A DNA stretch of 64,000 nucleotides from Candidatus Poseidoniales archaeon (lineage in GTDB: Archaea; Thermoplasmatota; Poseidoniia; Poseidoniales; Poseidoniaceae), in assembly GCA_038144595.1 (NCBI GenBank), contig JAYQOB010000008.1, forward strand, positions 151,871 to 215,870, written 5' to 3'. The position numbers and the translations under genes are program-made. Within the stretch, counting starts at the first letter, position 1. Each line of letters begins with the position of its first letter. Shown here piece by piece: positions 8,766-19,173 of this stretch. A model generated the notes under the pieces. That model ran no database searches and had not been told where the DNA came from. It worked only from the letters and a program-made list of their open reading frames with translations.

Positions 8766-10832
8766 GTGCAGAGTGTCTACTTGACCTGGATGATCAGCGC
8801 CTTGGCCTTGGGCGTCATCCTGCTTCCCGTGTTCAAACCGCCTTGGGCGAAGTTGTCCCTGCCGCCGTTCGTGGATTTCTTCCGGAGGTATTGGGTCCAC
8901 ATTCTCATCGTGTTCGCCATCTACAACGCCAAGGATGTGCTCGACCAAGTGGACCGTTTGCTCATGGCGAGCACCGGCCTGGACATGACACCGTACATTT
9001 GGGCCATTGAGGGCAACCTCGTGTTGTGGGTTCAGGAGACCTTTGAGGCGGATTGGTTGACCATCGCCCTGACGCATTTCTACGTTGCCGGCTTCATGTT
9101 CATCTGCTACGTCTCAGTGTTCTACTTCGCCTACTTTGATGATCGTTGGCTTGCCGACCGGGTAACCCTGTCCATCGCTTGGGTTTACATCCTTGCCGTA
9201 CCGTTTTATCTCTTTTTCAACGTTCGAGTGACGGGTGATACCATCCCCGGAATGGAAACGTTGGCCTACACCCTCACTCCCGAAATCGCTGACTGGTTCC
9301 GAAGGATTGACCCGTTCACGAACGGGATGCCGTCGCTTCACATCGGGATTCCGTTTGCCGTGTGGTTGTGCCTCACGCGCTTTGACGACGACCGTCGCTG
9401 GAACCGCTATCGCTACACCGTGTTTGCCTACACCTTGCTGACTGCGTTCACCATCATCTACCTCGGCATTCACTGGTTCCTTGACATCATCGGGGGCATG
9501 CTCATCGCCGGCGCTGCGGTGTCCATGGCGGACCGTACCTCCAACGGTTGGTGGAAGTTCTTCGACGAGCGAACGATGAACGCTCGCATCGTCACCGTCC
9601 TGACCCGTCCAGGCCAAGCGTGGGCGTGGCTCACCGGCCGAGTTGGCCGAGAATTCAAGCAATACCGAACGCCGACGAGCCGTGAGACCGGGCGAATGGC
9701 CGTGGCCATTTTGATCGTCGTGGCTGCCGTCATCACGTGGGATTTGACCCACCGTTCCCTCCCTGCCGGCGGTGTGGAAGCTCCTGAGGCCGCTGCCGTG
9801 TCCGACGAATGGCTGGCAACGCTGGACAACCAAACCGAAGGGGTCTCCCTGTTGCTCCAGAATTTATCGGCGGCTGATGCTGCCTCCTCCAAGGTGGAGG
9901 TTCCCGGGCTGAGTCTAGATTCCACGCATGCCCTCCAGAACGACCTTCTCGTGGTGGCGAACGGCACCGCCCTGCTGATGTACGACGTTCATCAACCCGA
10001 ACGGATACTCAGCACGTTGGACCTTCCCCAACCCGAGCACTTGTTGCTGTGCGAACGTGCCTCATCGATGGTCCTCGTGTACACCCTTGACGGTGTGCTT
10101 GAGGTCACTGATCTGGAGGGCACACCCGTGCTCGTGTCGGATGATGCGCACGAAGGCATTGAGCAGTTGACCTGTTCGGGTTCCGAAATCGCCTATGTTA
10201 CCGCCGAGCGACCGATGGAAGTGACCGTCCTGCAACTTGGTGTTCGCGGCGAAGTGGGCTACACCATCAACGCCTCGGCACCGGTGGAGGAGGATGAGAT
10301 TCTGGCGTCGTGGGGCACGCCGGTTGACATGGAAAACGCCACGGTGCAAAGCATGGCCTTTGACCGGGAATACCTCGCCGTGACGGTCAACGTTTCCGCC
10401 ACCGACCGTTTGGTGCTCTACAATCGAACGACGGCCGAGCAGTGGTTGGCCAGCAATCCGAAGTACCACGTATCCGACATCTCCCTCGACCACGGCATCC
10501 TCGCCTGGTCGGTGCGCGATCACCTCAACCCGCTCTCGCCTCAGGAAAAGTACCTCGACCGAGAGATTTACTTCATTGAACTCGCCACCAACACTTCGTT
10601 TGTCTTAACATCCGACTACAAAGATCAGTGGGGGCCGTTGGTGCTGGAGCACCAACTCGTCTATTTTGAGATGGACGACGATACGATGTCGATGCGGGTT
10701 CATGCATGGGAGCCCGAACTTCGTTTGTACTCCAGCCTCGCGTTGCAGGCCGGGGTTCTTGCGGCCTTCGTGGTCGTCGCTTGGAACATGTGGCAGCGCC
10801 AGAGTGAGCGCCGTCAGAGCCGTCAACCGTGA
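8766..10832 (+). CDS. membrane protein with an N-terminal PAP2-like (type 2 phosphatidic acid phosphatase) domain and a large extracytoplasmic C-terminal domain
   Basis: Multiple TM helices. PAP2-like motifs PSLHIG and YLGIHWFLDIIGG. C-terminal TM helix plus basic tail. Confidence 0.5.
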   Translation: MQSVYLTWMISALALGVILLPVFKPPWAKLSLPPFVDFFRRYWVHILIVFAIYNAKDVLDQVDRLLMASTGLDMTPYIWAIEGNLVLWVQETFEADWLTIALTHFYVAGFMFICYVSVFYFAYFDDRWLADRVTLSIAWVYILAVPFYLFFNVRVTGDTIPGMETLAYTLTPEIADWFRRIDPFTNGMPSLHIGIPFAVWLCLTRFDDDRRWNRYRYTVFAYTLLTAFTIIYLGIHWFLDIIGGMLIAGAAVSMADRTSNGWWKFFDERTMNARIVTVLTRPGQAWAWLTGRVGREFKQYRTPTSRETGRMAVAILIVVAAVITWDLTHRSLPAGGVEAPEAAAVSDEWLATLDNQTEGVSLLLQNLSAADAASSKVEVPGLSLDSTHALQNDLLVVANGTALLMYDVHQPERILSTLDLPQPEHLLLCERASSMVLVYTLDGVLEVTDLEGTPVLVSDDAHEGIEQLTCSGSEIAYVTAERPMEVTVLQLGVRGEVGYTINASAPVEEDEILASWGTPVDMENATVQSMAFDREYLAVTVNVSATDRLVLYNRTTAEQWLASNPKYHVSDISLDHGILAWSVRDHLNPLSPQEKYLDREIYFIELATNTSFVLTSDYKDQWGPLVLEHQLVYFEMDDDTMSMRVHAWEPELRLYSSLALQAGVLAAFVVVAWNMWQRQSERRQSRQP

Positions 10833-11518
10833 TAACGAACACGGGTGCGAATGTCCTCGAGTCGAGCGTGAACTTCCTTCGCCGATGGGACAGCACCACC
10901 TTGGAGCACAGGCGCCGGTCCGAGGTCGTCTTCGGCTGAGAGGTAGCCCTCAATCACCCAATCAATGGCGCCCTCCCATTGGGGGTGGGACGCTCCGAGA
11001 ATCTCGTCCAGTACGTGCAAATCAATACCGAAACGCTCGACGTCGTACTCCACCGAAGCGAGACCGAAGTCGATCAGGTGAACGGTTTCGCCCTCGATGA
11101 GAATGTTGTTGCTCGACAGGTCTCCGTGCGTGGTGGCCACGCGGTGGAGGCGTCTCACCGATGCGCCGACACGCCGAAGCATCGCCTTGGCCTCGTCATC
11201 GGTCGTCGCTTCATCGTTGAGCACGTCGATCAACGGACGACCACCGAGGTGTTCGATGATGAGCTGACCGCCTTCGTAGTCAAGGTCCCAAACGGAAGGT
11301 ACTGAAAGGCCGGCTTTCCGGGTTCGAATCAGCAGGCGGGCTTCGCTGATCATGCGTCGCACCCCCAGGCGGTGGTCCAAATTGGGGTGGCGCCAGGAAC
11401 GCGGTCGTCGTTGCTTTCGGACCGCCGGGCGACCGAACCACTCACCCTTCCAAACCTCGGCTTCTGCGCCGAGGTGAAGGCGCTCTGTTGGCTGAAAGAC
11501 CATGGAGGGGCTCACCAA
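10823..11518 (-). CDS. bud32: Bud32/RIO-type serine/threonine kinase (KEOPS complex kinase)
   Basis: GAEAEVWKG, the HGDLSSNNILI catalytic loop and IDFGL. The start may be the internal Met (MVFQ...). Confidence 0.7.
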   Translation of the reverse strand: MVSPSMVFQPTERLHLGAEAEVWKGEWFGRPAVRKQRRPRSWRHPNLDHRLGVRRMISEARLLIRTRKAGLSVPSVWDLDYEGGQLIIEHLGGRPLIDVLNDEATTDDEAKAMLRRVGASVRRLHRVATTHGDLSSNNILIEGETVHLIDFGLASVEYDVERFGIDLHVLDEILGASHPQWEGAIDWVIEGYLSAEDDLGPAPVLQGGAVPSAKEVHARLEDIRTRVRYHG

Positions 11519-11571
11519 GGCCTTCTTTTTGAACGTTCACGCCCATCCGTTCCTTCAAAAAGGGTTGAGCG

Positions 11572-12744
11572 TTGGGATTGATGAGAGCCATGACGGTGAC
11601 CCTCCCGATGTGTTCTGTCAACTTCATGGACACCACGCTGTCCGTTGAAGAGCAAGCCGTTGCCGATCGAATTCAGGAACTGAAAGAACAGTTGGGTGAT
11701 GACTTGCTCATCCTCGGCCACCACTACCAGCGGGACAGCATTGTGATGCACGCCGATTTCCTCGGTGACTCGTTCATGCTCAGCCAAAAGGCGGCCGAAT
11801 CGGACGCCAAGTACATCGTCTTCTGTGGCGTCCACTTCATGGCTGAATCGGCTGATATTCTCACCTCCGACGACCAGTCCGTGGTCCTCCCCAACCTTCG
11901 GGCGGGGTGCTCCATGGCCGACATGGCCACGCTGGCTGAGGTCGAAGTGGCATGGCAGGAGTTGCTCGACCAATCGGGTCTTTCCGACCCCATTAACCGG
12001 GAACATCCGGAGGACGTAGCGGGCGAGGGGGAAGCCTACCTCGTGCCCGTCACCTACATGAATTCAAGTGCGGACCTGAAAGATTTCGTGGGGCGACACG
12101 GCGGCGTGGTGTGCACCTCGTCCAACGCCGAGGGCGTGTTGAACTGGGCCTTTGAGCGAGCCGGCCCAAAGGGTGCGGTGTTGTTCTTCCCCGACCAGCA
12201 TCTGGGGCGAAACACCGGCCTTGCCATGGGTATTTCCGAGGACCGAATGCCGACCTGGACACCGGGCATCGGTGCCATGGGGTCGTTGGACAACGCCCGC
12301 ATCGTGCTGTGGCATGGATTTTGTTCGGTGCACAAGCGCTTCACGCCTCAACAGATCACTGAATTCCGCGAACAACACCCCGACGGCATCGTGGTGGTTC
12401 ATCCAGAATGCCCGAAAGAGACGGTTGAACTCGCCGACGCCTACGGCTCGACCCAATACATTCGCAATTTCGTGAACAAGCAACCTGCAGGGGCCTCCAT
12501 CGCCATTGGGACGGAGATCAACATGGTCGCCCGGTTGGCTCAAGAACATCCCGACAAGCACATTGAATGCTTGGACGAGGAAATTTGCCCTTGCTCAACC
12601 ATGTACATGATTCACCCTGCGTACTTGATGGACGTGTTGGAACGTCTGGTCGACGGCGAAATTCCCAATCAAATCGTGGTGCCGGAGGAAGTTCAAGCCG
12701 GCTCCTTGTTGGCGCTCAACCGCATGCTGGCCATCTTGAAGTGA
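11572..12744 (+). CDS. nadA: quinolinate synthase NadA
   Basis: LILGHHYQ, PDQHLG, CSVH and CPCSTM motifs. The true start is probably the internal Met near 11626 (MDTTLSVEE). Confidence 0.8.
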   Translation: MGLMRAMTVTLPMCSVNFMDTTLSVEEQAVADRIQELKEQLGDDLLILGHHYQRDSIVMHADFLGDSFMLSQKAAESDAKYIVFCGVHFMAESADILTSDDQSVVLPNLRAGCSMADMATLAEVEVAWQELLDQSGLSDPINREHPEDVAGEGEAYLVPVTYMNSSADLKDFVGRHGGVVCTSSNAEGVLNWAFERAGPKGAVLFFPDQHLGRNTGLAMGISEDRMPTWTPGIGAMGSLDNARIVLWHGFCSVHKRFTPQQITEFREQHPDGIVVVHPECPKETVELADAYGSTQYIRNFVNKQPAGASIAIGTEINMVARLAQEHPDKHIECLDEEICPCSTMYMIHPAYLMDVLERLVDGEIPNQIVVPEEVQAGSLLALNRMLAILK

Positions 12745-12747
12745 GGC

Positions 12748-13116
12748 TTAGAACACCGCTTGCCCGCCTTTCCATCCAGCCAGAGCGAGCACGGGCCCGA
12801 GAATTGCGCTGACCAGAACATAGGCCCCTGCAAGACGCCAGTGCCCTGCTTCCACCATGGTGATGGTTTCCACCGAGAAGGTGGACATGGTCGTGAACGC
12901 CCCCAACAACCCAACGCCCAGCAGCAACGCTTGAGATTCGGAAAGCGCACTGGCGAGGGTGGCAGCGGCGACCAAGCCCAGCAGCAAGGAACCCATGAGA
13001 TTCACGCTGAGGGTGGCCCAAGGAAAACCGGTATCGGGTGTGGTTTCGCTGATGAGGTACCTCAACATGGCACCCACGGCGCCGCCGACGGCGACAAGCA
13101 TCCAATTTGAGAGCAT
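12748..13116 (-). CDS. crcB: fluoride ion channel CrcB/FluC
   Basis: 122 aa, four TM helices, GTFTTMSTF-like motif (GAFTTMSTFSVE). Confidence 0.8.
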   Translation of the reverse strand: MLSNWMLVAVGGAVGAMLRYLISETTPDTGFPWATLSVNLMGSLLLGLVAAATLASALSESQALLLGVGLLGAFTTMSTFSVETITMVEAGHWRLAGAYVLVSAILGPVLALAGWKGGQAVF

Positions 13117-13215
13117 GAAGAAGGCTGGTCAGCGCGGGCTAAAGTCTCTCCTTTCTCCGGAATGCGTTCGCTGCGAATGGGGCACGGTCATTAGCCGTCA
13201 CCAAGAAGACCAACC

Positions 13216-13881
13216 ATGGACCCGACCGTTTGGTTTCTCACCTCAAACGCCGGAAAGTTGGCGGAAGCCACGCACCACTTCTCCACATTGGGCATGACGG
13301 TTCGTGCCCTTGAGGTTCCGGAGGGGTCGATTGTCGAGCCTCAGGCATCAACCCTTGAGGAGGTGGCGGAGGCCAAAATTCGCCAGGCGATGGACCACCT
13401 TCCTCACGAAGGTACGATGGTGCTGGTGGAGGATGCGGGGTTGTTTGTGGATGCCCTCGATGGATTTCCCGGCGTGTATTCGTCCTACGTTCACGAAACG
13501 GTCGGCAATGCAGGCATGCTACGCTTGCTCGCACATCTCCAGAGCGAGGACCCGGCTCGCTCAAAGCGCCTCCGTTCCGCTTCGTTTCAAGCCGTTGCGG
13601 CCTTGTGGGACGGTCGTGAACTTCATTTCGGAAAGGGCGTTTGCAAAGGGTCAATCGCCTATGATGCCGAAGGGGAGAGCGGGTTTGGATACGACCCGAT
13701 CTTCATTCCATTAGACTTGGACGAGGAAGGGAGGCCCCTCGACCCAGAAACCCTTGGCGCGGTGAGCACGCACGGCCAAACCTTCGGGTCGGTGGACACC
13801 GAAATGAAACACCAATTCAGCCACCGGCGACGGGCGCTGGATGACATTGTTCGACAAGTGCAGCACCTCGTCAACCGATGA
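13216..13881 (+). CDS. non-canonical purine NTP pyrophosphatase (Ham1/RdgB, dITP/XTPase)
   Basis: SNAGKLAE, EDAGLFVDALDGFPGVYSS and GFGYDPIF motifs. Confidence 0.75.
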   Translation: MDPTVWFLTSNAGKLAEATHHFSTLGMTVRALEVPEGSIVEPQASTLEEVAEAKIRQAMDHLPHEGTMVLVEDAGLFVDALDGFPGVYSSYVHETVGNAGMLRLLAHLQSEDPARSKRLRSASFQAVAALWDGRELHFGKGVCKGSIAYDAEGESGFGYDPIFIPLDLDEEGRPLDPETLGAVSTHGQTFGSVDTEMKHQFSHRRRALDDIVRQVQHLVNR

Positions 13882-13920
13882 GAACTTCCTGCGTCCATCA
13901 CCGTCATAAAGAACCGATGA

Positions 13921-14874
13921 TTGGAGGGGACGAGGGACATGGGATTCGCAAGGACCGCTGTCGGGGTGTTGTTCATCTCGGTGCTCGTGTTCTATTTGTC
14001 CACCGTCGGGCAGTTGACCGATGAAGCCAAGTGGGGTTTTGTCGGTGCCATGGCGGTGCTTGCCTTCATTTGGATCAATCTCGGTGGGCAGGCCAAACCC
14101 GCTCCGCGGGCTCGCCGTCCGGCACCAACTCCCGCTCCCGTTGTTGAGACCGAAACCGTCGCGCCTGCTACCGAAGCGATGGCTGAGGACGAAGATCTCC
14201 CTGCCCCCGTCACCGCTTCTTCGTTGGACGGGGCCACGTTGAGGGAGCGAAAACTCGCCAAGATCGCCGCCGCCGAAGCAGCCGCTCAAGTTGCTGCAAG
14301 CGAAGCAGAGGAAGCAGGCATTGAGGAAGTCGTCGTTGAAGTTGAACTCGAAGAGGTTCACGTCGCCGATGAATTCGTGGTTGATGTCAGCCCCGAGTCC
14401 GTTGAGGATGCTGACATTGAAGTCACGGTCCGAGACCGCCGAGAACGCCACGAGGCCATTCGCGAGCGCATCAAGCGTCGTCGCATGGGCCAAATGGCAG
14501 ACATCCGAGCCTCGACCGCCCGGATGTGGGAAGACCACGCCTCGGGTGAAGACCTGGTGGCATTGCTTCAAACCCCCGGGCACGGTCACAGCGTGCTGGT
14601 GGAGCCCGAACACCCTGCACCCGGTCACGTCTACGGCGCGACCTTTGTCCGCATTGATGAAGGGCGCATCCTCAAACTTCGTCTTCCCCTCGACGTGGGC
14701 TTCGAATCCGTCGGGCCGGCCGCACCTGCACAACCCGAGCTCCCCGTGCTGATCGGACCTGACGGCAAAGAACTCCCGCCCTTGCTTTCCCCGGACGGTA
14801 CACCGCTTGCCCTCCCGCCCCTTCCTGCTGCCAGCAGCGCCCTCGACGCCCTGCGCAAAGAAATGGAAGATTGA
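13921..14874 (+). CDS. hypothetical membrane protein with two N-terminal TM helices and an acidic Ala/Glu/Pro-rich low-complexity region
   Basis: Coding-like composition. No family recognised. Confidence 0.4.
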   Translation: MEGTRDMGFARTAVGVLFISVLVFYLSTVGQLTDEAKWGFVGAMAVLAFIWINLGGQAKPAPRARRPAPTPAPVVETETVAPATEAMAEDEDLPAPVTASSLDGATLRERKLAKIAAAEAAAQVAASEAEEAGIEEVVVEVELEEVHVADEFVVDVSPESVEDADIEVTVRDRRERHEAIRERIKRRRMGQMADIRASTARMWEDHASGEDLVALLQTPGHGHSVLVEPEHPAPGHVYGATFVRIDEGRILKLRLPLDVGFESVGPAAPAQPELPVLIGPDGKELPPLLSPDGTPLALPPLPAASSALDALRKEMED

Positions 14875-14984
14875 TACCTTCGCCCCTCCCAATGGGTGTC
14901 GAAACTCACGTCTCATGGTGGGTGCGTGTCCTGTTTTGTGCAGTCTCACGCCGTCACGTGCCGTACGGGGTCCCCATCGCCTCC

Positions 14985-14992
14985 TTTATATA
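14985..14992 (+). promoter_or_regulatory. canonical archaeal TATA box (tttatata) with a purine-rich BRE-like flank
   Basis: ATG at ~15012, ~20 nt downstream, would give a leaderless ORF in another frame than ORF 15152 (see findings). Confidence 0.45.
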
Positions 14993-15151
14993 CACTGGAG
15001 GACTATACAATATGCTGGAGGAACCTCAGATGCCCCCGATACCCAACCAACCTGCGAGTAGATTGCGCCTGAATTGCGGAAGCGCCGGCGGACTTTGTCC
15101 GTTCAGCGAGCGTTTCTGCGCAGATGAAAGGCAAAAAGCAGGTGAAAAGAC

Positions 15152-15595
15152 ATGGGTAAGTACAACAACAAAAGGGCACGTAAATTTAGACCAAACCAGC
15201 AGATGCGTCGCAACCCCAAGACGGGGAAGGTCGAGAAGTTTGAGGGGAAGAGGGGTTCACAGCCTTCACAACCTCCTCAAGATTCAACCAAGACGTTGGA
15301 TGACGAGCAACTGACACAGAGCCAGAAAGAGCGGATCATGCATCCCTCCACGGGCTTCGTTCCACAAAAGCGTCAACCAAGGTTCCGGCCTTGCGTCTGC
15401 GAGGGCATCGACCTCGAACTGAACAACCAGCGTTTGCTCGACCTCCTCAAGCGGGAGAAGCGAGCCTACGACGATGAAACCGGTACCTACAGGGTGCTGG
15501 TCATCTCCCCTCGGTTCCGTCGAGACCACGCACGACACATGCGGCACTTCCGGACATTCCTCCGGGAGGAAAACATCGGGTTTGTTGAGGTCTGA
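15152..15595 (+). CDS. hypothetical basic protein (147 aa)
   Basis: Lys/Arg-rich N-terminus, CVCEG motif. No family recognised. It may be fused to the upstream leaderless frame if a single-A indel is present. Confidence 0.4.
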   Translation: MGKYNNKRARKFRPNQQMRRNPKTGKVEKFEGKRGSQPSQPPQDSTKTLDDEQLTQSQKERIMHPSTGFVPQKRQPRFRPCVCEGIDLELNNQRLLDLLKREKRAYDDETGTYRVLVISPRFRRDHARHMRHFRTFLREENIGFVEV

Positions 15596-15701
15596 ATTGA
15601 GCCAGCAGGACCGTGGCCGGGCACACTCCCGGACAAGAGGAGGGCAATCGCGCCCTCTCACCTCTTGCCGACAGGCTCGATAGCGTTTCAGCGCCGCTTC
15701 C

Positions 15702-16519
15702 TCATCGGTGCTTCCAAACCGCTGTTTCACGGTTCATGAAGGCCTGAACACCGATTTCCTTGTCCTCGCTGTCGAACAGACCGGCGAAGGCGATGGCTTC
15801 GATTTCCACGCCGTCGGTGAGGCCTTCGTCGAGGGCAGCGCGGACCGTGGCCTTGCCGACACGCAGAGCGAGCGAGGATTTGCTACCGATTCGCCTGGCC
15901 ATGGCCATGACGGTTGGTTCCAAATCTTCCGGTGCGACCACGTGGTTGACCAGCCCGATGCGATGGGCCTCTTCCGCTGGTACCATGTCGCCCGTCATGA
16001 TCATCTCGTGGGCCTTGCCGTAGCCGACCAAGCGTTCCAACCGTTGGGTGGCGCCGTAGCCGGGAATGAGGCCGAGGTTGATTTCAGGCGTGCCGAAGGT
16101 GGAGCGGTTGCTGGCGATACGAATGTCGCACGAACACGCCACCTCGCATCCACCGCCCAGGGCAAAACCGTCAACCATGGCGATGGTGGGCTTGCTGAGG
16201 TTCCACAGCGCTTCAACGGCGTTGTTCTTGAATCGCTCCCGGATGACCTCGCTGCCCACACCAGCAAACTCGGTGATGTCGGCGCCTGCGACGAAGGCGT
16301 GAGGCTTGGCCCGCTTTCCTTCGGGGGTGGGTTGGGCGGCGCACCGGTGACCACCAAAACGCGGACGTCATCGGTGGCCTCCATCCAATCGCAAACGTCC
16401 TTGAGGGAGGCCAAGACCTCGTCGTTGAGGGCGTTCAGTTTGTCCGGTCGGTCGATGGTCATGCAGGCGATGAAACCGAGGTCGTCCTCATCGCTGATGG
16501 CGTGCAGGTCGACCTTCAT
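15702..16519 (-). CDS. enoyl-CoA hydratase (crotonase family), frame-shifted in a C-rich tract at ~16300-16320
   Basis: N-terminal part MKVDLHAISDEDDLGFIACMTIDRPDKLNAL...VLVVTGA is in ORF 16001..16591. The frame continuing AKPHAFVAGADITEFAGVGSEVIRERF... is ORF 15702..16259. Confidence 0.75.
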
Positions 16520-16658
16520 CACGTCGCTTTGTGGGGGGTTCATGGCCGGACTGAAGGCTCCCCTCTTCTTGATGTCATCGCCACAGGTCAATGAAGCACA
16601 ACCAAGGTATGATAATTCAAAACGAAATCAACGGAGTGTGGCTGGGAGCAAAGAACCG

Positions 16659-17423
16659 ATGGTCAGCGCCGTGGACATGGCGAAGAAATACGGTGATTTC
16701 ATCGCCCTTCATCCACTCAATGTGGAAGTTCACGCTGGCGAATTTTTTGGCGTGTTCGGGCCCAACGGCGCCGGGAAATCCACGTTCATCAAGCTCCTGA
16801 CCGGTCAACTCCGGCCGAGCAAAGGGCGCATTGAGGTGCTCGGCGTGGACGCCGTGAACGACCCTCAGAAAGTCAAGGCCAACATCGGCATCGTGCCCGA
16901 GTCGGAATCACCGCCCTCGTTCCTGACGCCGGCTGAATTCCTCGAGTTCGTGGCCCGTTTGCGCGGGGTTGAGGACATGAAGGCCAAGGTTGAACACTGG
17001 CTCGAATGGTTTGGCCTCCAAGACAAGCGAGACACCATGTGCAAGGACCTTTCCAAGGGTCAGCGCCAGAAGGTCATGCTCGCCAGTGCGTTTATCCACA
17101 AGCCCAAGCTCTTGTTCCTCGACGAACCGTTTGCTAACCTCGACCCGATTTACCAGCGGAAATGTCGGGAGTGGCTGCTCGAGCATGTGGCCGATGGAGG
17201 CACGATTTTCCTCTGCTCGCACGTGCTTGAAATGGCCGAACGCATGTGCAACAGAATGGCGATCATCAACGACGGGAAAGTGCTTGCAGCGGGGACGGTT
17301 AAGGGGCTCAAACAAACGGAAGAGGAAACCTTGGAAGACGTCTTCATTCGTTTGGTCGGTCGTTCCATTGAGGACGTTGAACGCCTCAGCGACGAAGGGG
17401 TCACGGACGATTCGGAGGAATGA
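16659..17423 (+). CDS. ABC transporter ATP-binding protein
   Basis: Walker A GPNGAGKST, signature LSKGQRQKV, Walker B LLFLDEP. The upstream part of ORF 15708..17423 is antisense to the crotonase gene and is rejected. Confidence 0.8.
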   Translation: MVSAVDMAKKYGDFIALHPLNVEVHAGEFFGVFGPNGAGKSTFIKLLTGQLRPSKGRIEVLGVDAVNDPQKVKANIGIVPESESPPSFLTPAEFLEFVARLRGVEDMKAKVEHWLEWFGLQDKRDTMCKDLSKGQRQKVMLASAFIHKPKLLFLDEPFANLDPIYQRKCREWLLEHVADGGTIFLCSHVLEMAERMCNRMAIINDGKVLAAGTVKGLKQTEEETLEDVFIRLVGRSIEDVERLSDEGVTDDSEE

Positions 17424-19117
17424 GCGTGGCCGGGACCTTCGTCGAATCGCGTCCGTGGACGGACGAAGATTTCAGCGAGCCGGGCCCGCTTGGGACGTCC
17501 TCTCACGGCGTCAAATTGAACGAACCGCTCCGGGGTTGGGCTTCGTTTTCCGCCACCTTTCGTGTCATGTTCATTGAGGAAGGTCGCAAGAGCGTTGAGT
17601 TCGCAAAAAAGCGCCAGATGGTGCTCTTTCCGCTGTTGCTGACGCTGGTCACCGCCATTTCGACCATCGGCCTGCAGTTTTTGGTGGGCGATTCCACCGC
17701 ACAAACTTCGGACATTGATGCCAAGACCTTCACCTGGCAGGAACTCCGCTTTGCCCTCCACCTGCCGATGTTCATGTTCTCCTTGGGCATGGGCACCTTT
17801 GCGTTCATGGGCCGTGATGCCATCGTTCGACGAACGGGAACGAAGAATTTCCTCTTGGCAGCACCAGCGCTTCAACCGCTGCCCAATTCCATGGCCCATT
17901 TCGCTTATTTCGTCAAGGACTTGCTGTTCTACGTGATGCTGATTCTCTCTCCCATCATCGCCGGTATGGCACTGGGCATCCTCCTCGACGGGTTTGCCGG
18001 TATCCGAACACCGCTGTTGTGGAGTTCGCTCCCGTGGACATGGTTGGCCATGGCCACGACGCTGGGTCAAGGCCTGGCGCTCTCTTTCCTGGCTTCGTCG
18101 CTGTGGCTCCGTGGACGGCCGTTCACCGTGGTTGGGCCGTTGGTGATCGTGGCCATCGGTATCGCTGTCGGCGTCGGTGTGTTGCCTGCTGATGTCCTGC
18201 TTTGGGGTCTGGCAGCTCAGTCAAGTCAAAGCGGCGTGGCGATTCTTCTGGGGTTGCTTCTTTCGCTGGGCATCGGATTGGTCGCTTCGCTGCTCATCCT
18301 CGACGACTTTGACGTGAGCGTGGTTGAACGAGGCGACTTGCTGGCACCGATGTACGCCCGGCTCGGCTTCCTTGGTCGCGGCCACATCCGCCTCATCGTG
18401 GCGAAGGAATTCGTCGACCTGTTTAGGTCGGGAGCCATCAAGAAGATGACCGTGTCCTACGCCATCCCACTCCTCGTGCTGTTGGGCATGGCGTGGCTGG
18501 TGGATTTTGCCGAGGCTCCCATTCCGATTAACCTGCTCTCTTATGCCCCGTTCCTGGGTTTCTTCGGCTTCAATTTCTACTCGTGGTTGACCATCCTTGA
18601 CTCCCCCGATTTCATGAACGGCTTGCCGCTGAAAGTCCCCGACTTGATTCGAGCCAAGGTGGTGGTGTACTTCCTCGCCACGTCATGGATTTCACTGATT
18701 TTCATCGTCTTGATGGCATGGCGACTGGACGAATGGGCTTCGTTGCCCACCAGCATCATCGTGATGTTCGCCAACTCGGTCTACATCGTCGCGCTCACGG
18801 CCTTCTTGATGGGCCTGCGACCCAACAAAGCCATTTTCGACGCCTCGATCATGGTTTGGTTTTGGATCGGGACCGTCCTGCCCCTGCTCGGCCTCTTCCT
18901 CCTCTCGTTCACCCAGGGCGATGTCAGCCTCTACGGGAACTGGTGGGAGCGAGCCAGCCAGGACGGGTTGGCGGCCACCGCCCAAATGTACGATGAAACC
19001 ATGGTCCAGCAGGGCTACATGGGGATGATCGCCATCTCCATCGGTCTGATCTTTGCTTCGGCCTTGCTCTGGAAACTGATGGACACCCGTTGGGGGCGCT
19101 CCGAGTTCTCAAATTGA
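17420..19117 (+). CDS. ABC transporter permease (ABC-2-like, multi-TM)
   Basis: Its start codon overlaps the ATPase stop (ATGA overlap). More than 10 predicted TM helices. Confidence 0.6.
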   Translation: MSVAGTFVESRPWTDEDFSEPGPLGTSSHGVKLNEPLRGWASFSATFRVMFIEEGRKSVEFAKKRQMVLFPLLLTLVTAISTIGLQFLVGDSTAQTSDIDAKTFTWQELRFALHLPMFMFSLGMGTFAFMGRDAIVRRTGTKNFLLAAPALQPLPNSMAHFAYFVKDLLFYVMLILSPIIAGMALGILLDGFAGIRTPLLWSSLPWTWLAMATTLGQGLALSFLASSLWLRGRPFTVVGPLVIVAIGIAVGVGVLPADVLLWGLAAQSSQSGVAILLGLLLSLGIGLVASLLILDDFDVSVVERGDLLAPMYARLGFLGRGHIRLIVAKEFVDLFRSGAIKKMTVSYAIPLLVLLGMAWLVDFAEAPIPINLLSYAPFLGFFGFNFYSWLTILDSPDFMNGLPLKVPDLIRAKVVVYFLATSWISLIFIVLMAWRLDEWASLPTSIIVMFANSVYIVALTAFLMGLRPNKAIFDASIMVWFWIGTVLPLLGLFLLSFTQGDVSLYGNWWERASQDGLAATAQMYDETMVQQGYMGMIAISIGLIFASALLWKLMDTRWGRSEFSN

Positions 19118-19173
19118 CCCTCGCTGCTGTATCTGGAGGTAGGTTCTTGAGCGGCAGGCGACGGCCGTGAACC

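Noticed and set aside
13117-13215. Possible fluoride riboswitch (crcB RNA motif) upstream of crcB/FluC on the minus strand
   Set aside because: The reverse-complemented upstream sequence (ggtgacggctaatgaccgtgcc...ccggagaaaggagag...) lacks the conserved GGCGATGG...TTCGCC / CTGATGA pseudoknot elements. It looks like a plain divergent promoter spacer.
15012-15314. Independent 101-aa leaderless ORF overlapping the 15152 gene
   Set aside because: It overlaps a more protein-like frame and is more economically explained as the N-terminus of that gene separated by a homopolymer indel (see finding), so it is not called separately.
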